Shown here: positions 40,334 through 52,183 of the stretch, piece by piece | How positions within the stretch are numbered: the stretch's first letter is position 1 | How the letters are laid out: each line of letters opens with the position of its first letter | Origin: Gammaproteobacteria bacterium | GTDB lineage: Bacteria; Pseudomonadota; Gammaproteobacteria; JAJPIJ01 | Length of the DNA: 64,000 nt | Assembly (NCBI GenBank): GCA_022071965.1 | Contig: JAJVIQ010000019.1 | Span: 136,793-200,792 of the forward strand | Direction of reading: 5' to 3' | Notes under the pieces: model-generated | Database searches by the model: none | Told to the model about the DNA's origin: nothing | What the model saw: only the letters and a program-made list of their open reading frames with translations | Position numbers and translations under genes: made by a program

Positions 40334-40657
40334 ATGACCGACACGCCCTCCACCACCAGGGTGCGCACGAGCATCGCCGATGGGATCTGCACCGTGCGCG
40401 CGATGATGCGGCACGTCATGGAGACCGGCAACCGCAGGGACAAGCTGACCGGAGCCCTCATCCCCGCGCACCACATCACCGAGGTGGCCTGCGAGCACAA
40501 CGGCCGCGTGGTGATGTCCTGCGCGTGGGGCACCGGCATCGCGCGCAATCCGCTGCTGTCGTTCCGATTCCGGGGTGCACGCCCGGGCGATGTCCTGACG
40601 CTGCGCTGGGTCGACAACCGCGGCGCCACCGACGTCACGCACGTCACCATCGAATGA
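40334..40657 (+). CDS. soxZ: SoxZ sulfur-carrier partner
   Basis: 107 aa. MRHVMETGNRRDKLTGALIPAHHITEVACEHNGRVVMSCAWGTGIARNPLLSFRF matches SoxZ. It lies 6 bp after soxY. Confidence 0.7.
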   Translation: MTDTPSTTRVRTSIADGICTVRAMMRHVMETGNRRDKLTGALIPAHHITEVACEHNGRVVMSCAWGTGIARNPLLSFRFRGARPGDVLTLRWVDNRGATDVTHVTIE

Positions 40658-40900
40658 CCGGGGCCGGGCAGGCCGACGCATCCGGCCGGAGGCCCGACCG
40701 TGGTGCCCATCATGGCGGCGGTTCGGGCCGGGGGCCGCTGGTCGGTCTGCCACAGGTTTGGCCGCGACGCGCCGCCGGCCACCGGGGAGCGGCGCGCGCC
40801 GCGCGGCAGGCGTCTTCTTGCTCGGGATCATCCGGCCGCAACCGTCGCGGGGGTACGCTGCCCCTGTCGCTGCCGGCCCCCGGGACGCCAACGATCCGCC

Positions 40901-42091
40901 ATGTTCGAGAGCATCGTCCGCATCTTCGGCAGCGACCTGCCCAGCCTGCCGCGGGCCAGCCTCACACGACGCGAGCAGCTCTGGCTCCTCGACGCCCGCG
41001 ACCACGATCCCCTGCTGCGCACCCGGCGTGCAGGGATGGTGGCGGCCCGCGCACGGCTGCTGGCCGGGCTGTTCCTCGCGCTGACGCCGGTGTGGATGCT
41101 CGTGGAATACCTCACCCTGCCGCGCAGTCTGTGGCTGGCCGTGGGCATCGCGCGCCTGGGGATCATCGTGCCCTTCCTGGCGATGCTCTGGGCGCTGCGC
41201 GCCCGCGCCCGCCACCGCCGCGTCGTGATCATCGCGCTCTTCGCGCTGTTCGCCGTGCCCGCCGTCTTCTATGTCTGGACCATGAAGATCCTGGGCGCCG
41301 GCAGCGGGACCGGGGTGGCACAGGCCGTGGTGGCCACGCACACATTCTTCCCCCTGCTGCTGGTGGCGGGCCTGGGCCTGTTTCCGCTGACGGTGACGGA
41401 ATCGCTGGCCCTGTCGCTGCCCATTTTTCTCGCGCGCGGCTGGGTCCTCTGGCAGGTGCTCGCACCCGGCAACGTCTACGCCCTGCTGGGCGCCCTCTGG
41501 TTCCTGCTGCTCGTGGCGGCCGCGGGCGCGCTCGCGGCAGGCAGCCAGCTCGCCCTGCTCATCGCGCTGCTGCGCCAGTCGATCCGCGATCCGCTGACCG
41601 GCGCCTTCTCGCGCGCCAGCGGCGAGGAGCTGCTCGCGCTGGAGACGACGATCGCGCAGCGCGGCGACAAGCCCTTCGCCCTCGCCTTCATCGACCTGGA
41701 TCGGTTCAAAGACGTGAACGATCGCCACGGGCACGATGCCGGCGATCGCGTGCTCGCGGCCGCCGCGGCCAGCATCGCCGGCAGCCTGCGCACCACCGAC
41801 GCGCTGCTGCGCTGGGGGGGCGAGGAATTCGTCGTGCTCATGCCGAACACCGACTGCGTGCAGGCCATGATCGGCCTGGAGCGGTTGCGTGTGCGAGGTT
41901 TCGGCCTGCGCCCGGACGGGCAGCGGCAGACGGCCAGCATCGGCGTGGCGGAACGCCTCGCCGACGGGCGGGTGGACGCCGCGAAGCTCGTCGAGCTCGC
42001 CGACCGGCGCATGTACGAGGCCAAACGCGCCGGCCGCGACCGGCTGATCGGCTGCCGGCCCCCTGCGGGCGACAGGCAGCCGCGTTCTTGA
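40901..42091 (+). CDS. membrane-anchored diguanylate cyclase (GGDEF)
   Basis: Multiple N-terminal TM helices are present. The active-site motif RWGGEEFVVLMP is intact, and DRFKDVNDRHGHDAGD is also present. Confidence 0.8.
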   Translation: MFESIVRIFGSDLPSLPRASLTRREQLWLLDARDHDPLLRTRRAGMVAARARLLAGLFLALTPVWMLVEYLTLPRSLWLAVGIARLGIIVPFLAMLWALRARARHRRVVIIALFALFAVPAVFYVWTMKILGAGSGTGVAQAVVATHTFFPLLLVAGLGLFPLTVTESLALSLPIFLARGWVLWQVLAPGNVYALLGALWFLLLVAAAGALAAGSQLALLIALLRQSIRDPLTGAFSRASGEELLALETTIAQRGDKPFALAFIDLDRFKDVNDRHGHDAGDRVLAAAAASIAGSLRTTDALLRWGGEEFVVLMPNTDCVQAMIGLERLRVRGFGLRPDGQRQTASIGVAERLADGRVDAAKLVELADRRMYEAKRAGRDRLIGCRPPAGDRQPRS

Positions 42092-42152
42092 TGCGTGAGG
42101 TCATGAGCTCCACCGTGGTGCCCGACCGCAGTCGTTCGATTATTCTGTCTCC

Positions 42153-45100
42153 ATGACCGGGCAACGCGAGTATCCGGCCGGGGCTGCGGCCAGCGGGCGG
42201 CATGAGGCGATGACGAATCACACCGGGGGCGTCCTCCGCGTCGTCCTCTACTACGCCGCGTTCGCCAGCCTGTGGATCCTGGTTTCCGACAAGGTGCTGG
42301 AGACGCTTGTCCGGGACGGTGCGGCCTATGCGCAGTGGTCGATATACAAGGGCTGGGCCTTCGTCGTCATCACCAGCGCGCTGCTGGCGGTCGTTCTGCG
42401 CGGCGAGTTGCGGCAGCGGGAGCGCGCCGGGGCGGCACTGCGGGACAGCCGCGAGGAGACACGGCGTTACGAGACGCTGCTCGAGCACGTCAGCGAGGGT
42501 ACACCCGATGCCGTCTACGTGAAGGACACCGACGGCCGCTACCTGCTGTTCAACACCGGGGCCTGCCACATCGTCGGTCGCCCGCGCGCGGAGGTGCTCG
42601 GCCGGGATGACACCGCCCTCCTGCAGCCGGAGGAGGCCCGGGCGGTCATGGCGAAGGATGGTCATATCATGGCCACGGGAACCACGGACACCTTCGAAGA
42701 GACCGTCACGCTCGGCGGCAAGGCGCGCACGTTCCTGACCACGAAAGGCCCGGTGCGCGACGCGCACGGCGGCATCGTCGGCCTGTTCGGCATCGCCCGG
42801 GACATCACCGAGCGCCGACGGGCCCAGGTGGCCCTCGCCGAGGCCAACCGGCTGCGGGAGCTCATCCTCGAGTCGGTCGGCGACGGCATACACGGCATCG
42901 ACCTCGCCGGAAGGATCGCCTTCGAAAATGCTACGGCACTGACGATGTTCGGCCGGGAGGCGCAGGAGATGATCGGCCAGGAGGCCCACGCGCTCACCCA
43001 CCATCATCACCCCGACGGCAGCGTCTATCCGGCCGAGGACTGTCCCATTAACCGAACCCTGCGCGACGGGAAGACGCGCCATGTCGAGAACGAGGTGTAC
43101 TTCCGCCGGGACGGCACGAGCTTTCCCGTCGAGTACACCTGCTGCGCGATGAGGAACGAGGCCGGTGTCATATCCGGCGCAGTGATCGTCTTCCGTGACG
43201 CGACCGAGCGGCGGCGCGCCGAGGCGGAGATCCAGAAGGAGCGGCTGCTGTCCGACTCGATACTGAGGAGCCTGCCCGGCATCTTCTACCTGTTCGACGA
43301 GCAGGGACGCTACCTGCGCTGGAATCAGAATCTCGTGCGCCTGAGCGGCTACTCGGAGGAGGAGTTCCGGCAGCGTCATCCCCTGGAATTCTTCACCGGC
43401 GAGGAGAAGACGTTGATCCGTGAACGCATCGGGCGTGTCTTCACCGAAGGCATGGCGGACGCCGAGGCGCACTTCACGGCCCGCGACGGGACACTCACGC
43501 CGTTTTATTTCACCGGCGTGCGGCTCGAACTGGACGGACGGCCGCACCTGGCGGGCGTGGGCATCGAGCTCACCGAGCGCAACCGTGCCGAGGCCGAGTC
43601 GCGCCTGCTGCAGGCCATCGCATCCGGCATCGCCGAGGCGGCCGACCTCAACGACGCGCTGGCGTTCGTGCTGAGGAAGGTCTGCGACGAGACCGGATGG
43701 GCCATGGGCGAGGTGTGGCTGCCAACCCGCGACCGGGCGCGGCTGGAGTGCCACCCGGTGTGGCACAGCCGGGCCCCGGGGCTGGAGCCGTTCCGGCAGG
43801 TGAGCCGCAGCAGCACCTTCGCACCCGGCGAGGGCCTGCCGGGGCTCGTATGGAGCACCGGGCGGACGGCATGGATCGAGGATGTGCGGAGATGGTCCCC
43901 CTTCAGGCGCATGCAGGCAGCGGAGGCGGCAGGGCTCAAGGCAGCGGTCGGCCTGCCGGTGCTCGCGCGCGAACAGGTCGTGCTCGTGATGGACTTCTTC
44001 CTGTTGGAGAAGGGTGCGCAGGATCGGCGGATGACGGGCCTGGTCGCGGCCGTCGCGGCGCAGATCGGGCTGCTCATCGAGCGCAGGCTGGCCGAGTCGC
44101 GCGTGCAGCACCTCGCCCGCCTGTACGCCGCACTGACCGACGTGAACCAGATCATCGTGCGTGTGAAGAGTCGCGACGAGCTGTTCGCGGGCATCTGCCG
44201 CGTGGCGGTGGAGCGCGGCGGCATGGCGCTGGCATGGATAGGCCTGCTCGATCACGACGCCGGCGTGCTGACGCCCGTCTGCGCCCACGGCGCCGATCGC
44301 GATCGTCTGCCGCGCCGGGGGATCGACGTCACGGGGCCGGCTTTCGGCGCAAGCTCCATGGCCGTGGCCATCGCCTCGGGGCGCGTGACCTACAACCGTG
44401 ACATGCGGTCGGACCCGGCCATGCAGCACTGGGAGGGGCCGGAGGTCCCCCCGGACTTCCTGGCGACCGCCTCCGTGCCCATACGCCTGAGCCGCCAGGT
44501 CGTCGGCCTTCTGAACCTGTACACGAAGGACCCGGACCTCGTCGCCGACCCCGACCAGCAGCGACTGCTGGAGGAGATGGCGGAGGACGTGTCCTTCGCG
44601 CTCGACGCGCTGCATCGCGAGGCCAGGCGCCGGCTGGCGGAAGACGGGCTGCGCGAGAGCGAGACGCGGCTGCGACTGGCGTTGGACGCCGCGCGCATGG
44701 GTACCTTCGAGTGGGACATGCCGGGGAAGCGGATGACCTGGTCAGGCAGGCACGAGGAGCTCTGGGGCTACGCGCCGGGGGAGTTCGACGGAACCTATGA
44801 CGCCTTCGCGCAGCGTGTACATCCGGAGGACCTGGCAGGCCTCGAGGCGGAGATCGACCGCTGCACGGCCACGAAGGTGCCCTTCAGGCGTGAGTACCGC
44901 GTCGTGTGGCCGGACGGCAGCGTGCACTGGGTACTGGGACAGGGAGAGGCCGCTTTTGACGATCCGGACCGGCCCGGGCTGCTGCGCGGCACGGTGATGG
45001 AGATCACCCCTCGCAAGCAGGCGGAGCAGCAGCTGCACCTGCAGAGCACCGCGCTGGCCTCATCGGCCAACGCCATCATGATCACGGACACCGGCGGCAC

Positions 45101-47222
45101 GATCCTGTGGGTGAACGACGCGTACTGCGCCCTCACCGGATACGGCATGGGCGAGGTCGTGGGCCGCAACCCCCGCGAGCTGGTCAAGTCCGGGCGGCAG
45201 GACGAGGCCTATTACCGTAGGCTGTGGGACACCATCCTCGCCGGCGACGTCTGGCACGACGAGATTGTCAATCGCCGCAAGGACGGCAGCCTCTACACCG
45301 AGGACCAGACCATCACCCCGGTGCGTAACGAGCAGGGCGAGATCACGCATTTCGTCGCCGTCAAGGTCGACGTCACCGAACGGAAGGAGGCGCAGGACAG
45401 GATCCTCAGGCTGAATCGCGTCTACAAGATGCTGAGCGCGATCAACGCCCTGATCGTGCATATCCGCGACCGCGAGGAGCTGCTGCGGGAGGCCTGCCGC
45501 ATCGCGGTGGAGGACGGCGGCTTCCGCATGGCCTGGATCGGCACCGTGCCGGAGGGCGGGAAGACCATCACTCCCCGCTCCTGGGCGGGGCCGGTGGAGG
45601 GATACCTGGAGCACGTCCACCTCTCCCTGGACGGCGGGATGCCGGAGAAGGACTGCGTGTGCAGCCGGGCGGCGCGAACCGGGCAGCCGGCGGTCCTCAA
45701 CAACCTCGCGACGGCCGGCAGCGCCGACGCTGCCTGGCTCGAGGCGGCGCGGTCACGGGGCTTCCGCGCCGCCGCCGCCCTGCCGCTCAATGTCGGGCGC
45801 GCGCTCGAGGGCGTGCTCGCCCTCTATGCCTCCGAGACGGACCTCTTCGATGCCGAGGAGATGAGGCTGCTCGTCGAGCTGGCCGAGGACATTTCCTACG
45901 CGCTGGAGAACATCGCCAGATCCGAGCAGCTCGAATACCTGTCGTCCTACGACGCGCTCACGGGGCTCGCAAACCGCACACTCTTCAATGCCCACCTGAA
46001 TGCCGTGCTGGACAGGGCCCGCCAGTCCCGCAAGCAGGTCGCGCTGCTGGTCTGCGATCCGAAGAACTTCCGCCATGTCAACAACGTCTACGGTGAGAAG
46101 TCCGGTGACCTGATCCTCAGGACGACGGCCGAGAGGCTGCGCCATCTGGCGGGCGATCCGGTGAACCTCGGACGCATCACCGGGGATTACTTCGCGATGA
46201 TCCTGCATGACGTCCGTGATGCGACCGGCATCGGCTACATGTTCGCGAACTCGCTGTTCCCCGCGCTGTGCGAACCGGTCTCGCTGGGCGAGGAGGAGGT
46301 GCAGGTCGGCTTCCACGGCGGTATCGCCGTGTACCCCACGGACGGCGAGGATGCGGATGCCCTGTACCGCAACGCGGAGGCGGCGCTCAAGAAGGCCAAG
46401 GCCGGCGGCGAGCGGTACCTGTTCTATCGGCCCGAGATGACCGCGAGGATCGCCGAGAATCTGCAGCTCGAACGCCGCTTGCGGGTGGCGCTGGCCAACG
46501 GGCAGTTCGTCCTCCATTACCAGCCCAAGGTCGACGCCGTCACGCAACGCGTCACGGGCGTGGAGGCGCTGATACGATGGCAGGATCCCGACACGGGGCT
46601 CGTGCCGCCGGGAAAGTTCATCCCCATCCTCGAGGAAACCGGTCTCATCCTGGAGGTGGGCCTGTGGGCCCTGGACCGCGCCGCCCGCGACTACCGGGTC
46701 TGGCGCAGGGAACTCGGCGAGGCGCCGCGGATCGCGGTGAACGTCTCCGCAATACAGCTGCAGCGGCACGATTTCGCGGAGAGCGTGATGGAGGCGATAC
46801 AGCGCAGCGGCGATCCGGTGCCTCTCGATCTGGAGATCACCGAGTCGATGATCATGGTGGACATCGAGCAGAACATCGCCAAGCTCGGCAGCCTGCGCGC
46901 GGCCGGCATGGGCGTGGCGATCGATGACTTCGGCACGGGCTACTCGTCCCTGAGCTACATTTCGAGGCTGCCGGTCGATGCGCTGAAGATCGATCGTTCC
47001 TTCGTGATGAACATGACGGGCCACCGGGAGAGCATGACGATCGTCTCCTCGGTGATCACCCTGGCGCATTCCCTGAATCTCAAGGTGATCGCCGAGGGGG
47101 TCGAGACGGAGGAACAGGCGAAATTCCTCGCGCTGCTGAAGTGTGACCAGATGCAGGGATATCTCTTCGGCAGGCCCGTGCCGCCGGAGACGATACTCGA
47201 GCGTCTGCGCGCCCATCCATGA
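42153..47222 (+). CDS. giant membrane-anchored multi-PAS/GAF signalling protein with degenerate GGDEF and an EAL domain
   Basis: 1689 aa. The N-terminal TM region is followed by at least six PAS and about three GAF segments. The GGDEF position reads RITGDYFAMIL, which is degenerate. EAL motifs EALIRW, DDFGTGYSS and EGVETE are present. Confidence 0.85.
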   Translation: MTGQREYPAGAAASGRHEAMTNHTGGVLRVVLYYAAFASLWILVSDKVLETLVRDGAAYAQWSIYKGWAFVVITSALLAVVLRGELRQRERAGAALRDSREETRRYETLLEHVSEGTPDAVYVKDTDGRYLLFNTGACHIVGRPRAEVLGRDDTALLQPEEARAVMAKDGHIMATGTTDTFEETVTLGGKARTFLTTKGPVRDAHGGIVGLFGIARDITERRRAQVALAEANRLRELILESVGDGIHGIDLAGRIAFENATALTMFGREAQEMIGQEAHALTHHHHPDGSVYPAEDCPINRTLRDGKTRHVENEVYFRRDGTSFPVEYTCCAMRNEAGVISGAVIVFRDATERRRAEAEIQKERLLSDSILRSLPGIFYLFDEQGRYLRWNQNLVRLSGYSEEEFRQRHPLEFFTGEEKTLIRERIGRVFTEGMADAEAHFTARDGTLTPFYFTGVRLELDGRPHLAGVGIELTERNRAEAESRLLQAIASGIAEAADLNDALAFVLRKVCDETGWAMGEVWLPTRDRARLECHPVWHSRAPGLEPFRQVSRSSTFAPGEGLPGLVWSTGRTAWIEDVRRWSPFRRMQAAEAAGLKAAVGLPVLAREQVVLVMDFFLLEKGAQDRRMTGLVAAVAAQIGLLIERRLAESRVQHLARLYAALTDVNQIIVRVKSRDELFAGICRVAVERGGMALAWIGLLDHDAGVLTPVCAHGADRDRLPRRGIDVTGPAFGASSMAVAIASGRVTYNRDMRSDPAMQHWEGPEVPPDFLATASVPIRLSRQVVGLLNLYTKDPDLVADPDQQRLLEEMAEDVSFALDALHREARRRLAEDGLRESETRLRLALDAARMGTFEWDMPGKRMTWSGRHEELWGYAPGEFDGTYDAFAQRVHPEDLAGLEAEIDRCTATKVPFRREYRVVWPDGSVHWVLGQGEAAFDDPDRPGLLRGTVMEITPRKQAEQQLHLQSTALASSANAIMITDTGGTILWVNDAYCALTGYGMGEVVGRNPRELVKSGRQDEAYYRRLWDTILAGDVWHDEIVNRRKDGSLYTEDQTITPVRNEQGEITHFVAVKVDVTERKEAQDRILRLNRVYKMLSAINALIVHIRDREELLREACRIAVEDGGFRMAWIGTVPEGGKTITPRSWAGPVEGYLEHVHLSLDGGMPEKDCVCSRAARTGQPAVLNNLATAGSADAAWLEAARSRGFRAAAALPLNVGRALEGVLALYASETDLFDAEEMRLLVELAEDISYALENIARSEQLEYLSSYDALTGLANRTLFNAHLNAVLDRARQSRKQVALLVCDPKNFRHVNNVYGEKSGDLILRTTAERLRHLAGDPVNLGRITGDYFAMILHDVRDATGIGYMFANSLFPALCEPVSLGEEEVQVGFHGGIAVYPTDGEDADALYRNAEAALKKAKAGGERYLFYRPEMTARIAENLQLERRLRVALANGQFVLHYQPKVDAVTQRVTGVEALIRWQDPDTGLVPPGKFIPILEETGLILEVGLWALDRAARDYRVWRRELGEAPRIAVNVSAIQLQRHDFAESVMEAIQRSGDPVPLDLEITESMIMVDIEQNIAKLGSLRAAGMGVAIDDFGTGYSSLSYISRLPVDALKIDRSFVMNMTGHRESMTIVSSVITLAHSLNLKVIAEGVETEEQAKFLALLKCDQMQGYLFGRPVPPETILERLRAHP

Positions 47223-47391
47223 CCGTGATTCGCCCGTGGCGGGCGCCTGGCGCCGAGACACCGTCGGCATCGTCTTCCACGACGCCCGGTGACCGATGGC
47301 CGCGATGGCATTCCACTGCGGGCACCGGAGTTCCGCGGCGAGCGACGGCGCCCGGGGCGCCGCGCATCATCCACCATCGGAAGACACGTAC

Positions 47392-48354
47392 ATGAGCAGG
47401 AGAGCAGAGAAGAGCGCCGGCGAGGCTGCGCCGACGCTCCTTTCGTGCGCGGTCGCCCTGCCGCGGCGTTACCGTAATGACGGCGTCCTCGCGTACCACC
47501 GGCGCGACGCGCAGCAGCTTTCCGAGCGGGTGAGCGGGCGGTCGCTTGAAAAGGCCTTCGTCTGGCGGAGTCTGCCGGCCTGCCTGTCCATCCGTTTCGA
47601 GCGTGATCGCGCGCGCGCCGAACTGGCGATCGACGGCGCTGTCGCGTGGAAACCACGAGCCGAGTTCGAGGCGATGATACGGCGCATGCTCGGCCTCGAT
47701 CAGCCGATCGAGCAGTTCGAGCGCAGGTACGGCCGTCACCCGGAACTCGGTCCGCTGGTCGCACGGCAGCGTGGATTGCGCGTGCCGGTCGCGGCAACAC
47801 CGTTCGAGGCCCTGAGCTGGGCGATCACCGGTCAGCAGATCAGCGTCGCAGCCGCGGTGACGTTGCGACGCCGACTGATCAGCGCCGCAGGCGTGCGGCA
47901 TTCCAGCGGCCTGCTGTGTTACCCGCAGGCCGATCAAGTCGCCGCCTTGTCCGAGCAGCGTCTGCGCGAGGCGGGCTATACACGGGCGAAGGCAGCGACC
48001 CTGTTCGCCTTGTCAAAACGCATCGTCGCGCGGGAGCTGCCGCTCGACACATGGCTCGATACGCTTCCCGTCGAGGAGATGACGGAGACGCTCGGAAGCG
48101 TGCGCGGAATCGGTCCCTGGACCATCCACTACACGTTGCTGCGCGGGTTCGGCTGGCTCGACGGCTCGTTGCACGGCGATGTTGCCGCCCGTCGCGGCTT
48201 GGCCATCCTGCTGCGCAGGCCCGATCGCATCGAGGCGAAGGACACCTGCGAATGGCTGGCGCAATTCTCGCCGTGGCGCGCCCTGGTCGCGGCGCATCTG
48301 TGGGCCATGCAGTCATCGGCGAGACACCGCGGGCGCGGCGTTCCGGATTGCTGA
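47392..48354 (+). CDS. alkA: DNA-3-methyladenine glycosylase II (HhH-GPD family)
   Basis: The AlkA N-terminal domain is followed by the HhH-GPD region LGSVRGIGPWTIHYTLLRGFGWLD. About 320 aa. Confidence 0.75.
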   Translation: MSRRAEKSAGEAAPTLLSCAVALPRRYRNDGVLAYHRRDAQQLSERVSGRSLEKAFVWRSLPACLSIRFERDRARAELAIDGAVAWKPRAEFEAMIRRMLGLDQPIEQFERRYGRHPELGPLVARQRGLRVPVAATPFEALSWAITGQQISVAAAVTLRRRLISAAGVRHSSGLLCYPQADQVAALSEQRLREAGYTRAKAATLFALSKRIVARELPLDTWLDTLPVEEMTETLGSVRGIGPWTIHYTLLRGFGWLDGSLHGDVAARRGLAILLRRPDRIEAKDTCEWLAQFSPWRALVAAHLWAMQSSARHRGRGVPDC

Positions 48355-49143
48355 TGCACCGGACGGCGTCCGGCAATCCCGGGAACCGGAGGACTCGCGT
48401 CCCCGGGGGTCCTGATGCGATCGCCTGCGACGTACCGCGCACGGGCCGGTTTCCCGGCGGGAGCAGCCCGAGCTGTTGCAGCGCCGTCAATGCGCCCTCC
48501 TCGCCGATCTCCCCGGCGGTCTTTCCGTTGACGACACCAGATACCCTCGTGCCGGCGAATTTCATCTGGCGCCCCGGGCCGGCAGGAAGCGCGCCGACCG
48601 GCTGATCCTCGAACGCCGGCGCGTTATGCGTACCGCCTCCGTCCTGGCGTCCGACGATGAAGTCGCCCTCGGCAATCAATCCGCCCGCCCCCGGAAGTTC
48701 AAATCGGGGGAAGCCGCGCGCAACTCCGCCATCGTCCTCCTGCCGTTTCCCCTGCCCCGGAATGGACCGCGCATCGGACGGTGCACGGGCGGGTCCGGAG
48801 TACCCGGCCGATCGACAATGCAGGTGTCCGCCCGGCAACCCCGGGATCTGCGGAGATGGCTTCAGGAGACAGCCGCGTCCATGAACGACAGATGCGGAGC
48901 TATCTCGTGCAAAAGGGCATCCTCGGCCGCGTCCCGCCGAATGGGAACATCGGAAATGAATAGCGGCAGCCCGGGAATTCGCCGATGTTAGGGGTCCATG
49001 CGTGCAATCGACGAGGTCGCAGGGTTCTTCTCCTGTCCGCAGGGCTCCCCCGCGGCCGCTTCGCATCCCGCTGCTGAACCGCCACCAACGGCATGCCAGC
49101 CACGTGGAACGATGAGAACTGCGATAAACGATCGCTTTTCGAT

Positions 49144-49219
49144 GGTGGGCCGTGCAGGAGTCGAACCTGCGACCAACGGATTAAAAGTCCGCTGCTCTAC
49201 CGACTGAGCTAACGGCCCG
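49144..49219 (-). tRNA. tRNA-Lys(TTT)
   Basis: Reverse complement GGGCCGTTAGCTCAGTCGGTAGAGCAGCGGACTTTTAATCCGTTGGTCGCAGGTTCGACTCCTGCACGGCCCACCA. It is near-identical in form to E. coli tRNA-Lys. Confidence 0.9.
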
Positions 49220-49414
49220 AGCTTGACTGCCAGGACGAGATCCGCGGTACGCTGCAAAGGGCGGCGATGATACCGCGGCGCCCGGGCGCTGGGAAGCACG
49301 CGCGGCGCCGGGATCCGGACGCGCGCATGGCCTTGATTTTTTTGTGTCAGCCCCTATTTTGCCGGTACCCGGATTGCGACTGCATGTCGCTGCCACGAAT
49401 AACGGGAGATGCGA

Positions 49415-49762
49415 ATGCCGATTTACGAGTACGCCTGTACGAGCTGCGGTCACCACCTCGAGGTCATGCAATCGATCAAGGATCCGCCGCTGACCGAATG
49501 CCCCAAGTGCAGGAAGAGGAAACTTCGGAAGCTGGTCTCGGCGGCCGGTTTCCAGCTCAAGGGCACCGGCTGGTACGTGACGGACTTTCGCGACAAGGGC
49601 AAGCCGGCTGCCGAGAAGAAAAAGGAAGGCGAGGAAGGCGCCGCCGGGAAGTCCGCGGAGGCCAAGGAGGCAGGCTCCAAGCCGGAAGCGGCCAGCGAAC
49701 CCGCCAAACCCGCCGCGAAGGGTGAGAAGAAAAAAAAGAAGGCCGCGGGCGACGGCGCCTGA
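49415..49762 (+). CDS. FmdB-family zinc-ribbon protein with K/E/A-rich C-terminal tail
   Basis: MPIYEYACTSCGHHLEVMQSIKDPPLTECPKCRKRKLRKLVS carries CxxC...CxxC. Conserved position upstream of aspS. GGGAGA is the RBS. Confidence 0.7.
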   Translation: MPIYEYACTSCGHHLEVMQSIKDPPLTECPKCRKRKLRKLVSAAGFQLKGTGWYVTDFRDKGKPAAEKKKEGEEGAAGKSAEAKEAGSKPEAASEPAKPAAKGEKKKKKAAGDGA

Positions 49763-50055
49763 CCGGCGCGCGCCGTTCGACGGCCAGCGCCTGACCGCCC
49801 CGGTCGCAGGCGCCGGGGCCGCTGCGCTCCGGAGCGCCGCCGCGTTGCGTTGCCGCAGCGCTGCCCGTACCATTCCCGGGCTTTCGACCCGGTCGCCACG
49901 CGCGCCGTGGCGAAGGCCCGGCCCCGCACGTCGTCGCGGGCCGGGTGGAAGGAAAATCGGACCACGATCCCGCCGTGCGCCGAGCAACCTCCTCTCCAGT
50001 GCCTCGCCCCGCCGGGCCGGGGCGGAAATACCGAATTCGAACCGCTGAGGTCCCT

Positions 50056-51843
<1,788 letters not shown>

Positions 51844-51872
51844 TCACGCGTTTCAGTGCCGCACGCGCACCC

Positions 51873-51892
51873 TGCATGCGAGTGCGCATGCA
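51873..51892 (+). terminator. candidate hairpin after aspS (8-bp stem TGCATGCG/CGCATGCA, loop AGTG), no U-tract
   Basis: Perfect inverted repeat 30 bp after the aspS stop. Weak as an intrinsic terminator. Confidence 0.3.
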
Positions 51893-52183
51893 AACTGCAG
51901 CCTGCCGTCATGTCGGCATCGACTGATCCCGGTACTGCCATCGGCCGCCTTGGCACGCCATGACCTCGCGTGGTGGCCACCTCCGCCCGTGTGCCGGACA
52001 CCGTGCCGTGCCTGCCGTTGGCGCTGCGCACTGTCCGCGTGGATGTAGCGTCGATCGGAGGGCGCCGCGAGCGGCTTCGGCTTCCGCCGAACCGGCCGGT
52101 CGTGCCCGCCGCACGCGAGCTGCCCTGGCCGGCGCGGGCGCCAGCGCCTGCCGATCGCCCGCGCCGATCCCTATAATCGGGGC

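Noticed and set aside
39895-42156. 753-aa plus-strand ORF spanning soxY/soxZ/GGDEF
   Set aside because: Extremely Arg/Pro/Gly-rich, and it overlaps three genes with clear homology in other frames.
47879-49066. 395-aa minus-strand ORF
   Set aside because: It would overlap the 3' half of alkA on the opposite strand. Only a short internal stretch looks protein-like, and this is noted as a possible decayed ORF in the findings.
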